A model generated the notes under the pieces. It was not told the DNA's origin, made no database searches, and saw nothing but the letters and a program-made list of their open reading frames with translations. The position numbers and the translations under genes were made by a program. Below are positions 26,642 to 38,600 of a DNA stretch of 64,000 nucleotides, piece by piece; positions within the stretch are counted from its first letter, which is position 1; each line of letters begins with the position of its first letter. This DNA is from Marsupella aquatica. Taxonomy: Eukaryota > Plantae > Marchantiophyta. The stretch lies in contig OZ316893.1 of assembly GCA_973895155.1 (NCBI GenBank), positions 9,925,660 to 9,989,659 of the forward strand. Reading direction: 5' to 3'.

Positions 26642-28705
26642 CTAGAATGGAGCCCGCCTACTCCTCTTTGCTGGCCTCTTCCCCTTGTCCTTCTTGCTTT
26701 GGGCGGGACGAGCTGGACGGGAGGGGGGTGGTGGTGGTGGTGGCGGTGGTGGTGGTGCCTGCTGCTCCTCCCCATCTAGCTCATCCTCATCATCGTCATC
26801 ATCCTCATCATCATCCTCTTGGTCTCCTGGTGTGCTAGGTGTGGCAGCACTCCCTGCCCCTCTGGACCCACTCGTGGTGGCCCCGGTAGTGTCCCCATCA
26901 TCAGCGCCGCTATCCTCCTCACTGCTATCCTCACTCCCCTCCTGCTCCTCCTTATCCTGCTTCCATGTCACAAGGTTAATTCGGGTTTAGGGTTAATAGG
27001 AAAAATGTATAAACCTTATAAATGGAATGGGTGCGGGTTTAGAAAGGGTACTACAAATCACTCACACTAGCCAACTCTGCATCAACCAACTCAAAGAGAT
27101 GTCTGGCCCCATGCTCTGCCCCTATCTCCATCTCCTTTGTTGTTATCTTGCGGCGGTACCTCTTATACTACCACAAAAAATGAAACACCAAAACATAAGG
27201 GGCCCGGGTTAGTAACTAAGGGTACTTAAGCAAAAAAGGAATCCTAAAAAGGGTAAAAAGGGTACCCTAACCAAAAAAAAACCCCATTACCCTAACAAAC
27301 ATTTGTCACTCGACACTAAACGTTTTTCAAAATGAAACAAGCTTTGCGAAACTCCCACCTTCGCAAATTCAAATATATTTAAGTTTGCAAAATAGACTGC
27401 GAATCGGATTGCTTCGCAATGGCTTCGCAAACCTTACGGGAAAAAGGTTATAATAGAGTTTGCGAAACAATTGCGAGGCAACCCGCTTCGCAATTGTTTC
27501 GCAAACTGTGCTCTTAAAAAAATCCAAGAAATGGCTAAGGCACGCAATGTGTCAGGGTGACCTAAAACGAAAGGGGAGGCCATAAGGGGTAAAGCAGAGG
27601 TCTGCGAGGGGCATTGCAGGCAAGCAAACAACAATTGAAGGCGAAGGAAAAGAAGCAGGAAAGGAGGGGAGAGGACTCACGAAGGTTGCTTTCAGGCCGG
27701 GAAGTCCACCTTGCCCCATCTTGTGTGTGGTCTTGGGGCGTTTGCTGACTCGGTCTGCTGCAAGGATGAACTTCTGGGGTGGTGTCCCCACTTCATCCAC
27801 GATGTGCTGCAGCTGAGAGACCTTCTCAACCAATGCCTTGAGGTCTTGGTCTGACTTCCCGGCCTGAAGTGCCTTGGCCTCATTCTCCTTCCAGAATTGG
27901 AGGTCCTTGGCTGCTTTCAGCTGCACCTCGACCTTATAGAACGCGTTCCACACATCCTCTGTGAATTGCACTGGCCTCCTCACATTCCTGTACTCCTGCA
28001 AGCTTGCCAGGTAGGCCCTCACCTTCCTCCTATCATGGTATCGTGCTTGAGACATTGAATTCGAAATTCTATCTACAAGCCACTGGTCATCAATCTCTGC
28101 TCCATTTCTGAATGAATCTTTGACCTGAGTCATTACTTTCCTCTGCTCTGCTCTGCTTAGTTTCCCCCACTCAACACCTCGTGCAAAGCTAGTCCTCACA
28201 GCAAGCCTGATAGTGCTCTTTGGCCCAGTGTAGGCCAACTCAGTAGGAATGCCCTCAACCAAGGCAATCAATGGCAGCTTCTTCCTCTCTTCCTCCTTTT
28301 TCCGCTGCGCCTCACGTTGTACTCGAATCTCATCTCATTCCTCCCTTCTCCTCTTCTTTTCGAGGGCTGCAGGAGAGAGTACTCCTACCTTAGCCCTCTC
28401 CTCCTTCTTTCGTTTCTTCTCTCTGGCCTTCTCCTCAACTGCAGCCTTTGCCTCTTTCTCCCTCTGAGCCTGCCCTGCTGCAACCCCGGGGTTGCAAAGC
28501 TTGCCCTAGAATTTCACTCAAAGAAGCAATCCTAGCTGGTGTACTCAAATCCAAATGGCTCAGCTGTGTGGCATTGAGATGCTCGGCCATCAAATTCGTC
28601 CATTGATCGATTACTCTCCTCATTCCTGTTCCCTCCATTGTCATTGCCACTCCCACTCCCACTTGCCCCTGCCCCATCCCCTCCACGCCCTCCACTAGAA
28701 TCCAT
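26642..28705 (-). pseudogene. CACTA ORF2 (TnpA / Ptta-En/Spm-like), 3 exons, frameshifted
   Basis: Predicted exons 28705-27681, 27167-27066 and 26956-26642 (GTGAGT donors, phase 0). Motifs RPVQFTEDVWNAF and RVSKRPKTTHKMGQGG resemble Transposase_24-type proteins. Acidic/poly-Pro/basic tail. The 5' part has two apparent frameshifts and a TGA. Confidence 0.7.
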
Positions 28706-30070
28706 AGCTATCCAACACCAAGCGCGCGCAAGCTCTCCTCCTGCCCTCCCTCACTTCAAAAAACGTCGAATGGGCCTCGTAACCCGGCGGGAAGGTCTGA
28801 ATGCCCAGACAAAACACATTTGCGACGCAGTCCGCATCGCAATTTGTGAATCAGCCCGCTTCGCAACTAGTATCTCAACTTTCCAAAACCAATGCGAAAC
28901 CACACGCTTCGCAAAGCCTTCGCAAAGCTGTAGAGACGCGAAAAAACGCTCTCGGGCTCTGTTTTTCCGAAGCTGTTGCGAAACATTTTGCTTCGCAAAT
29001 AATGTGACCAAATTCTGAAGCAGGTTGCGAAGCAGGTCGGTTCTCAATATCGTGGCAATTCCTGGCAATTTTTTTTTTCACATTCTTTCCCTCCTCCTTT
29101 TGTTTAGGCCATGTAAGTTATACTATGCCCTTTTGTGTAATTAAGAAATTCCGCCGTTTCAAATCCCGGCTTTTGTTAGGGTTGGGTCTTGGATGAAGCT
29201 GGTTTTTTTAGGGGTTAAAAGCGAGATTACCAGTCAAACCTTCCATTTTTTAAGCTATACATGGTGTGGGTGTAGGCTAATTTTGATAAGAGTTGGGTTT
29301 TGGTTTAAAATTAATAAGTGAGGAAAGGGTTTAGGATTAAAGTTGGGTTTGGGTTTAGGGTTTAAGTCTTTAATTTTGGGTTTAAGCAGGGTTTGCATTT
29401 ATGGTTGTAGGCTTTTAGGGTTCAAGCAAGGGTTTAGGGTTTAAAACAAAAGAGAGGAAGGGGATTGGGAGTGAGGGTCTAGGTTTTTGTAATAGGTCAG
29501 AGGTTTGGGGGTGAGGGTTTGGAAAAGGCAAAGCAAGGTTAGATGAGATTAATGTTTTAGTTGTTTTACCATGGGTTTTATGGGTTTTAATGGGTTTTAT
29601 GGATCTTTTGGGTTTTAATGGTTTTTCCATGGGTTTTATGCTAACAAAGGAGGAGGAGCTATGACAACTTGCAGGGTGCGGCACTTTTGCATGAATTGAT
29701 ACTAGCTAATGCATATGCATCATGAGAGCCTGGGCATCTGGAGGTACGGACTAAAATAGATGGGTCTAGTTAGGCTTATTCATGTAATTAAAATTTTTGG
29801 TTCCCACTATCTATAAAGAGGACATGTATGTAAGGTGTTCGCTTGTGTACTTGCAGCTTTTCTCATACTTCCAGATTCGGTTCATTATTTTAGAGCCACA
29901 AGACCTATTGGCACCGCTGAGCCTGGGTCTCAAAAAGGTATTTTTTAGTGTTCCTTTTGTGTTTGGTTTCATGTCATCATTACTTGAGAACTTACATTTG
30001 TCCAGCTTGATATTGTGATGTTATTTGGTAATAACCCCTAACTTGCAAATTATACATCTTTGTAGGGGCA

Positions 30071-31221
30071 ATGTCTTCATCTTCTGAGATCTCCACCACA
30101 GATTCTTCCTCCTCCGATGAAGATATATCACCTCCTCCTCAACCTCACACGACTGCACCTCCTCCTCGTGGTCCACCCCGTCAGCTTTGCCAATGTGCCA
30201 AATGCGTGGGTCAGGTTTCCCAAAAGTCCTATATATGCACCCAGCATATTGAGAGATATGGACGTTACGGACGTCATACAACAGGGGCTTCCTCATCCCA
30301 TGTGGTAAGTGTTTACGCCTTAGTTTCTACCCTATTTCCACATCGCAATGGTGAAGGTTTTTAATTTCACACCTCTTGTTGTTTGTTTTGGTTTGGGTGG
30401 AATAGGTATCTAGTAGGCCTAGACCTGCGGCATCAGCACCTTATGTCCCATCACAAGGTGTTCTAGATGCTATAGGCAATGCATTCTCACAAGCCTTGGG
30501 TCTAGCAACAGCCCCCTCCAGTCCTAGGGCAGTTGGGGGTGAGCCTGTTGTCCCAAGAGGGAGAAAGCGTTCCAAGAGACGGCCCCGAGGGGATACTGAT
30601 TTGTACAAGGTAGTGCTTACCGGTAGGTGGGGTGATTGTGAGTTTACTGCCAGATGTGTTCCTATCATCAAGGACTGGGATCCCCAGACTCTTGGTTTGC
30701 CACAAGAGCTTTCCTATGGTGAGGAGGTAGAGGTTTGGGGAAGACGTTGGGTTATCAAACCTTCCACACTTGGGGATAGACATGGCTATGGAGTTTTTGC
30801 TTGTGAAGACATCATTGTGGATACCGAGAGTGGTAGTGGTGGACGCGGTCGAGAAGGACCTACGTTGTTTCCTTATGGTGGACCCATCTACAAGAGAAGA
30901 CATTGGAACATGATCCTTGCACAACATCCTGAGTGGAAGACTTATGCCTTGGAGTTAGATACTTTTGATGGAAACACTAGGAGGTATAGTGAGCAACGGG
31001 TGATAGATGGGGACCCCATACGAACTGGGAATATAGCTGGTTTCATAAACAGTACTGTGGGGACTCGCCCCAAGCGTAGGCAAAATTGTGAGTGGGTTTT
31101 CATTGAGGGTCCTCCACCAGCCCCTTATGGCCAGACATATCATCATGACCATTGTCTGGTTGTAGCTACTAGGACCATTCACTCAGGTGATGAGTTGTTT
31201 ACTCACTATGTGTGGGATTAG
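30071..31221 (+). CDS. Transposon-encoded SET-domain protein: CxCxxC-H Zn motif plus a compact SET fold, 349 aa predicted
   Basis: Exon 30071-30304 (GTAAGT donor) and exon 30406-31221 (AATAG acceptor) join in frame with no stop. SET motifs: IKPSTLGDRHGYGVFACEDI, PYGG, VIDGDPIRTGNIAGFINS, QNCEW, VVATRTIHSGDELFTHY. Confidence 0.8.
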
Positions 31222-31364
31222 AAAATGACCATACACATGGCGTTTGGCCACATTTTGTATTTACACCAGTACCGATATTATTTCATGTTTGCACACCCCC
31301 ATATATTCTTCTACATGTTGTAACTATTTACTTTGTAACTTTCAATTGTTTGCATTGTTTTTAG

Positions 31365-34300
31365 AATGTGCGACCCTCTCAAAATATGTTACCGCGGAGA
31401 TTGAGAGCAGCATATCGGGAAATGGGTATGCCGGAAGAAGGACAAGGCTCTGAGTCACATTCCTCATCAAGTGACAGTGGAAGCAACAACCCTGATCGCA
31501 ATGTACCCAAAACATATGAACAGGTTATTGATGACCAAGATAGAGCCATGGATGATTTTATGGTTGATTGGTTTGGTGTTGACGTCCCTGGTGATGATGC
31601 TGAGGTGTCTGCTGATCAAGGAGGTCATGTGCCCCCCAATGATCCACGACCAAGACATACCCCCGAGGGACAGCGCCAATGGGAGGAAGCAGAGGAACAT
31701 GCCCGAACTCCTATCTATGAGGGTGCTCGTTTGAGTCATCTTTCTGCTATCTTGGGGTTGATGAATCTACAGGCCAAACACAAGGCAAGCAATGCCTTGT
31801 TATCTGATATGTTTGCACTTTGCCATGACCTTATGTTACCTTCTGGCAATGTGTTGCCAGGAACTTGGAAGGAGGCCAAGCGTGTTCTCTCATCAATTGG
31901 CATGGACTATCATATCATTCATGCATGTGTGAATGATTGCATGTTATTTCATGGGGCCGATGAGAAGAAGACACAGTGTACTGAATGTCATGAGCCACGG
32001 TATGACCCCAACATGATTACAAAGAAGGTGCCAAGAAAAGCTGTTCGTTGGTTTCCCATCATTCCTCGGTTGTTGCACATGTACAGGTGTTCTAATTTGG
32101 CAGAGTTGATGGTATGGCATAAGACTCATCGATCAGAGCCTGGTGTTATGCGACTGCCAATTGACTCTCCTGCAGTCAAACATATTGAGGAAACATGGCC
32201 AGACTTTGCACATGATCCTCGTCATGTGAGGTTGGGATTGGCATCTGATGGGGTTAGTCCTCATGCCCTTGGAGGCAAGGGAAGACCTACATCAGTTTGG
32301 CCTGTGGTTGTGATGAATTACAACCTTCCACCATGGCTATCCATGAAGAAGGGGTTCCTCTTGCTGTCTTTGATTATTCCAGGTCCAAAAAAGGTGAAGA
32401 ACTTTGACACTTATTTGGCACTATTGATTGGAGAACTCCAAAAACTGTGGGGTGGAGTGTGGGCATATGATGGCAGGAAAAATACAGGAGGCATTCCACG
32501 TGTATTTAAATTGAGAGGGGTAGTTTGTTGGACAATGCATGACTATCCTGGTAAGATGACTTTTTGACCATATGCCACCCTTCTTTGATATGCTCTTTAA
32601 TATACTTGTTTGTCATGTGACAACCTAACATTTAGTCTGGTTTTATTTTTGGTGTAACCAGGGTTTGGCTTTGTCTCTGGATTGCAAACTCAGGGGTACA
32701 AAGCTTGCTCCACCTGTGGTCCACAATTGCAAGATATGGCAATTTGGTCCCCATGGCTTAGGAAGATTGTTTACATTGGGCATACAAAGTTTCTTCCGAT
32801 GGGGCATGAGATGAGGTCTGACCCACTTTTATTTTCCTCCTTTGACATGCCCCTTGGTGATATGCGAGAAATTCCGGAACCAACAACTTTTGGGCATTGG
32901 AAGTCACTAGCTAATAGGGTGGCAGACCCTGATGATCCCCTCACCTTTGATGGTACTGGGTTGACGAGGTGGAGTATACTAGCCAGTTTGCCCTATTGGT
33001 CAGAGTTGAAGATCCGCCATCTTTTAGACCCCATGCACATAGAGGGAAATGTGGGGAAGGCGTTGATAGCTCATTTTTATGGGGAGAAGGACACTAACTT
33101 CAGGGAGGCATGTGAAGAGTTGGAAATGCATCTAGATGTATGGGTACAAGTTGATCCTGCCACAGGTTTGGAACATCGTCCTTCTGCTCCTTGGGTGCTT
33201 AGTGTTGGCCAAAGACGTGAATTCCGGAATCGTATAGGGGAGATGCGGTTTCCTACAGGCTATGGTGCCAATTTGAGGAAAGATTTTGGGATGGAGGACA
33301 ATCACAAATGGCCACGGTATCTCAAGACACATGACTATCACCGCTTATTGCAGCATATATTGCCAGTGGCAATTATAGGGTTGGGGACCAAAGAAGTGCA
33401 AGATGCCATTTGGTCATTGGGTCGTTTGTTGAGATGGATATGCTCAAAGGAGATATATGTGGAAGAGATTCCTGGAATGGAGGTATTGGCTGCTGAGGTG
33501 GTTTGCAAGTTGGAGAAGGCCCTCCCTCCTTCCTTCTTTGATTGTCAAGTTCATTTACTTGTGCATCTTGTGAGGGAGGTTGCCATTGCTGGTCCAGTTC
33601 ATTGTCGATGGATGTACTGGCTTGAGCGTTACATGTAAGTCTTGAAGGCTTATGTACGTAACCGTGCACGAGTGGAGGGAAGCATAGCTACAGGATACTT
33701 GGCTGCAGAGAGCATGTTTTATTGTACATAGTAACATCTTGGCCACCATTGATCGGACTTTACCACGTACTTGGATGGAGGAGAGGCAAGAGGAGGAGGA
33801 CCGTTTAACAGGAGCAACAAAAACATGCATGCTTACATCAACAGAGTGGACACAATTGAATACATTCATGTTGAGTAATAGCAATGTCATGGATGAATGG
33901 AGGGAGTTTTATGACAATGCCAAAAGAATGAGTCAAAGAGCAAGGATTTTTCCTAAGTTGCATGAGTTTATGAAGGAAAAGTTGGTTGAGTTGGATGGCA
34001 TTTTGGCACAAGGAGGAGATGTCTCACAGTTTCCTACTATGACAAATGACATGCGGACATGGCCCTTTGAGAGTGGTAACATCCAAGACGACCATGTGGA
34101 CCCAAGGGAGACACTTCAGGTTTCACTAGTTCCTAACCTTGTTTTCCATATTCATGTACTACTACTTAAGATATAGTAATCATTTTACTTAAGATAAGTG
34201 TGTTTTTCTCTTTTGGTATGAAAGGTTCCTCATAACATGATTAGTGTTTTTTGTGTAGTAGTAACAATATATGGGTCTTGTTAATTTCAGGATTTCTTCC

Positions 34301-34720
34301 CTTGATGAGAAGAGGGCTCGTACTTTTGATTGTGGAGTTCAAGGGCAGTTTTGTCAGGACTCCCGGAGTAGCCGACATGACAGGAACATTGTTCGTGATG
34401 TTGTGCCACACTATGGGAAGATAGAGGAGATTTTGGTGGTCTCATATGACAACCAATCTAAGTTTGAGGAGTATGTCTTCAAGTGCAAGTGGTTCAAAGT
34501 GAACCTTGTTGGTAATAATCGCACTGTACTCCAAGATGAAAGTGGGTTTACACGGTTGAGGACAAGTGCCACTAGTTTTCAAGCATCTCATTGGCAAACG
34601 TCAGAGCCATTTACTTTCCCATCTCACTTGGAGCAATGTTTCTACGTTCCATACCCCTTAGACCCAGAGTGGTCACTTGTCATCACATATGTGCCACGGT
34701 CTCGTTCCATTTTTGTGTAG
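31365..34720 (+). pseudogene. CACTA TnpD/Tnp2-type transposase (Transposase_21, DUF4218- and DUF4216-like regions), disrupted
   Basis: IHACVNDCMLF, CTECHEPRY, RHVRLGLASDGVSP, SVWPVVVMNYNLPPW, LLLSLIIPGPK, HDYPG, LDPMHIEGN, LKTHDYH, PPSFFDCQVHLLVHL, RWMYWLERYM, FKCKWF. Introns at 32551-32661 and ~34120-34290. Premature TAA at 33636-33638 and frameshifts near 33727 and 34058. Confidence 0.93.
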
Positions 34721-35652
34721 ATGTAGAGGACATTGAAGGTGACCAAATGTGAGAGACACTTATGGATATTTAAACCAAAAATCTATATCATGGATTGTTC
34801 ATGTTGTTTCTTAATTAATATTTCATACACTATTAGTGTGGTAGGTATTTTCATTTTGGACTCCTACTTTCAAAAGAGGTCATGCATATAAGTGACATGG
34901 GTACTCCCTCCCTTATCCCTCCTCCCTCTTTGAACCCAAACTCTCCTTCCTCTTCCAAAAACTCCATAGCTTTTTCTCCTCCCTCCCTCTTCGCTAAAGT
35001 CTCTTCTATTTTTAGTAAACCCTCTTTGGACTCCCTACTTCCTCCGTCCCTCATCCACCTTCCAACTCCCTTCCTCCCTCTTTCACCTTTCACCTCCCTC
35101 CCTCCTCCTCCCCCATTCAAACTCTAACCTAGATGCACACACAAGTCTAACATAAACGTTTGCGAACTGTTTGCGAAACTAAACAAATCCCAACCAAATC
35201 GCAATTCTGCCATTTAAACCGTTTCTCAATTATTCCATACTATACGCTTCACTATTTTGCGATATCCAGACCATCTCACCTTTACCATCCACATCATTTC
35301 GCACATTTGCCATACAAACCCATCGCAAATTGTTTGAAGCTAACCTTTTCGCAAACATCCTCCAATACTAATTGTTTCGCATCATTAATGTTACCGTGGT
35401 TTCGGACTTTCGGAGTGGTCGCGGAGCCTTCGTAATTTGTTTTGTAATCTCTGTAGTTTCGCAAAATATTGTGATACAATAAAGTTCCCAAAATGTTTGC
35501 GATGCAAATCGCATGGAAGACCAAAGTTGCGATACCATAAGTATCGCAAATTGCGATGCATATTGAGTCATCAACGGTTTGAAGCATCTGGAATCGCAAA
35601 CGTGTATCCGGACGCAAATGAGCTTCGCAAAAGGGCAAAATATGTTGTAGTG

Positions 35653-38600
35653 GCTGGCCCTAAGTCCTTCATCTTAAACTCTGCACTAAGCAGTGCCTTG
35701 AGCTTAACAATCTCAGACCTATCCTTGGCTGCAATTAGCATATCATCCACATAAAGTACTAAAACAATGAACCCAAAGACAACATTCTTTACCGGTTTCA
35801 AATACACACAAGGGTCAAATACACTTATGTGAAAACCTTGTGACCGAATCCAATCGTCAAACCGCTTGTTCCACTGTCTTGGTGACTGCTTCAACCCATA
35901 CAAGGATTTCAGCAATCTGCAAACCAATTCCTCCTGTCCTCTCTTCACAAAACCTAGCGGTTGTCTCATGAAGATCACCTCTTCCAATGTGCCATAGAGG
36001 AAAGCTGTGACAACATCCATCTGATCTAGCAGCAGACCAAACATTACACCAAGTACACACAATAGTCGTATTGTAGAGTACTTAGCAACTGGTGAGAAGA
36101 CCTCATTGTAATCCACACCTTTCTCTTGTGTGAATCCCTTTGCTACCAACCTAGCCTTGTAGACCTTCGATCCACCTCCTATGGAATTATCCTTCAGCTT
36201 GTAAATCCACTTGCTGTCCACCACTTGCTGACCCTTAGGCAGCTTAACAAGCTCCCAAGTTTTGTTGTCCTTTAGTGATTGCATCTCCGTTTGCATTGCT
36301 GCAGTCCACTTCTGCTTCTCCTTTGAAGCACTTGCCTCATGAAATGAAGAAGGTTCCCCTTCTTCCAAAATTAACGCATCACCCTCATCATCAGCTGCAA
36401 AATCATCCTCTTGCAGTTGAGATGAATCAACCCACTGTCCATACCTTGGTGGAGCGCGTACAGTGCGACCAGATGTTCTTCTAGCCGATGACTCCGATTG
36501 ATTTGCGTGTGCTGGTACAATTTGAAGCTCAATAGCATCCACTTGCTGCTCACCAGCATCAACAAACTCCTCTGGTTCCTCTGGCACAGGAACCAGCTCC
36601 ATAATTGGAGCAACTCCTTCTCTCCGGTCATGCACCTCATAACCAATCTCCCCCTCAACGAGATCCAGGATAGGAGATTTTCCTTTGTCAGTACGGGAGA
36701 CCTGAGTATTCTCCCCCTCCTTCAATAATCTGGATTCATTGAAGGAAACATCCCTACTGACAACGAGCTTACAGGCAATAGGATCCCATAGCCTATAGGC
36801 TTTCACACCACTCTGGTACCCAAGAAAAACACATTTCTTGGAGGTAGGATCCAACTTGGTCCTATTCTGCTTCGGTGTGAGAGCATATGCATCACTTCCA
36901 AAAACTACCAAGCCATGATAGTCTGCTTGCCGCTTATAGCGCATCTCAAACGGCGTTTTGAAATTGATAGCACTAGAAGGAGAAAGATTTACCAAATAAG
37001 CTGCGGTATTGACAGCTTCTGCCCAAAATTCTTGTGGTAAACCTGATTGGCTCAACATACTCCGTGACCGCTCCAATAGTGTACGATTGAGCCTCTCAGC
37101 GACACCATTCTGCTGTAGAGTATAAACTGTGGTAAGATGACGAGTTATCCCCTGTTCTAAACAGTACTCTTCAAATTCCATTGAAGTGTACTCCCCGCCG
37201 TTGTCTGACCTCAGACTCTTCACCCTTGTATCCAAACACTTGATCGTGTTTCCAGTCTAATTCTCCACCTGGGCCTTCCACTTCTTAAAAATGGACAAGA
37301 CATCAGACTTATGCGTCATAAAATAAATCCACACAAATCTTGAGTAATCATCAATAAATGATACATAGTACAACTTTCCAGAGTGTGAGGGAGTCGGGGA
37401 TGGACCCCACACGTCACTATGTATGTACTCAAGAACCGCTTTGGAACGATGAGTTCCAACACCAAAAGCACGACGATGCTGCTTTCCAAGAATGCAATGC
37501 TCACAAAACTCTAATTTACAAGATTGCAAATCAGAAATGAGTCCATTCTTCCGTAAGATAGCCAAACCCTTCTCACTCATGTGGCCTAGCCGTGAATGCC
37601 ACAGTTGAGTCATCTGCTCGTGAGACTTGGTTACATTGGCCTCTCCACATACAGTATTGCCCTGTAACAAATACAAATTCTTTTGTCTACTCCCTTTCAA
37701 AATCATTGTCTCTCCCGACCTGACTTGAAGTTCACCATCAATAACGCTCCATTGATAACCATTTGAATCCAACACACCGAGTGAAATCAGATTCTTACGC
37801 ATGCCAGGTACATACCTGACTCCGGACACTGTGCGCACAGCGCCATCAAACATTTGAATCTTCACAGACCCAATTCCCTCAATTTGATAGGAGTGATCAT
37901 TTCCCATCAGAACTGAACCGTTTGAAACAGAGTAAGAACTGAAAAACTCACGAATGTAACAAATATGAAAAGAGCAAGCACAATCAAGAATCCACACATC
38001 ATCTGCTCTCCTAGATGACGTGCACAGGGCATACCCCTGGCTTCATAAAACATACTCATCATTGAGTAAATCAGCTTCTCCATCAGCCCTAGCCACATTT
38101 GCCGATGAAGTTTCTGCTGCCTTTCCCTTACAGTCTCGCTTGAAGTGTCCAACTTGGTTGCACTTCCAACATGTCACCTGCCTCCTCTGAGGGGATTTAC
38201 CCTTGGACTTAGATCTAGATTTAGATCTAAACTGGGTTCTACGGTCCCCAGTTGGTCGCTGCATATTCCTCCCACGGTTAACATTGAGGGCAGCACCAGA
38301 TGATGAAGACTGTGACGTGATGTGCATCTTCTGCTGAAGATCATCACTAAGCAGAGAACTTACCACGTCATTATATGAAATGGTATCCCTATCACGATGC
38401 AACAACACTCGTGATAGGGACTGGTAAGATGGAGGCAATGAACTAAGAAGCTGTAGAGCCTTCGTCTCATCATTCAAAGTCTCCCCAAGGTTTTCCAAGT
38501 CAACGACCATGTCGTTGAAAGCATCCACATAGTCTTGCAACTTTGTACCGGATTTCTTCATCCTGAAACTCATTAGTTTGTAGGAAGTGTAGAGCCGGTT

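Larger units (their letters stand above)
25997..35652 (+). mobile_element. CACTA/En-Spm DNA transposon, 9656 bp
   Basis: TIRs CACTACAACA...TGTTGTAGTG with a 3-bp TSD GCT (25994-25996 and 35653-35655). Subterminal TTCGCA/TGCGAA arrays. Encodes TnpD-type and TnpA/Ptta-type ORFs. Confidence 0.97.

Noticed and set aside
35571-35652. C-terminal tail of the 554-aa ORF (TTTYFALLRSS...)
   Set aside because: This is read-through from the copia RT into the CACTA right end, not genuine protein.
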